Below are positions 63,737 to 64,000 of a DNA stretch of 64,000 nucleotides, one piece after another. Under the pieces are notes generated by a model. The model saw only the letters and a program-made list of their open reading frames with translations. It had not been told where the DNA came from and made no database searches. Source of the DNA: Octopus sinensis. Taxonomy: Eukaryota. Position numbers and translations under genes: made by a program. Each line of letters starts with the position of its first letter. The first letter of the stretch is position 1. The stretch covers positions 156,302,001-156,366,000 of the forward strand of contig NC_042998.1 of NCBI RefSeq assembly GCF_006345805.1. The letters are read 5' to 3'.

Positions 63737-64000
63737 ATATATGGTCGTTACATTGACGACATTATCGGTGCCACCTCACTCTCCCGCGAACATCTAGATT
63801 CCTTCCTCTCTTTCGTCCAACTTTTCCATCCAGCCCCACCACTTCACTTCCACTATCTCCAACACCTCTGTCTCCTTCCTCGACATTTCGGTTAGCATTC
63901 TTCACTCCACTCTACACCTCCATTCACTAAAACAACACACAGACTCACACTCATACCTCAACTCTCTTCCTCCCACCCAGAACACCACCAAGCTTTCCAT
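63737..64000 (+). mobile_element. Penelope-like RT fragment (same family as 44095-46820), runs off the window
   Basis: YGRYIDDIIGATSLSREHLDSFLSFVQ is nearly identical to the ORF at 46033-46710. Confidence 0.9.

Noticed and set aside
23627-63895. Dozens of long Y/I/M/C-rich ORFs (e.g. 23634-24356, 31303-32016, 36242-36859)
   Set aside because: They are translations of stop-poor (TA)n/(TATG)n microsatellites, not genes.

Overview
AT-rich eukaryotic DNA that is almost entirely repeats. The tRNA-derived SINEs suggest a coleoid cephalopod such as octopus (inference from recall, not a database hit). I find no convincing host gene, rRNA, true tRNA gene or CRISPR array. Contents: (i) ten copies of four CR1/L2-like LINE families (APE + RT), almost all bounded by long (TA)n-type microsatellites; in three families ORF1 starts with a Myb/SANT-like domain followed by CCCH zinc finger(s); (ii) Penelope-like elements (RT + GIY-YIG); (iii) at least four non-coding 360-580 bp tandem or inverted units carrying type I hammerhead ribozyme folds (retrozyme-like), plus further hammerhead motifs in PLE-like termini; (iv) R4/Dong-like REL-endonuclease LINE fragments next to (TAA)n arrays; (v) Tx1/L1-like elements, Gypsy fragments, two mariners, a tandem Helentron-associated-like element and several SINEs. 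About 8 kb is (TA)n-type microsatellite, and this produces the many spurious Y/I-rich ORFs in the track. Frequent frameshifts in otherwise young copies and a 100-N gap suggest an error-prone assembly, so ORF intactness cannot be judged. The strongest leads are the hammerhead retrozyme-like arrays and the Myb/SANT-CCCH LINEs that appear to target (TA)n.
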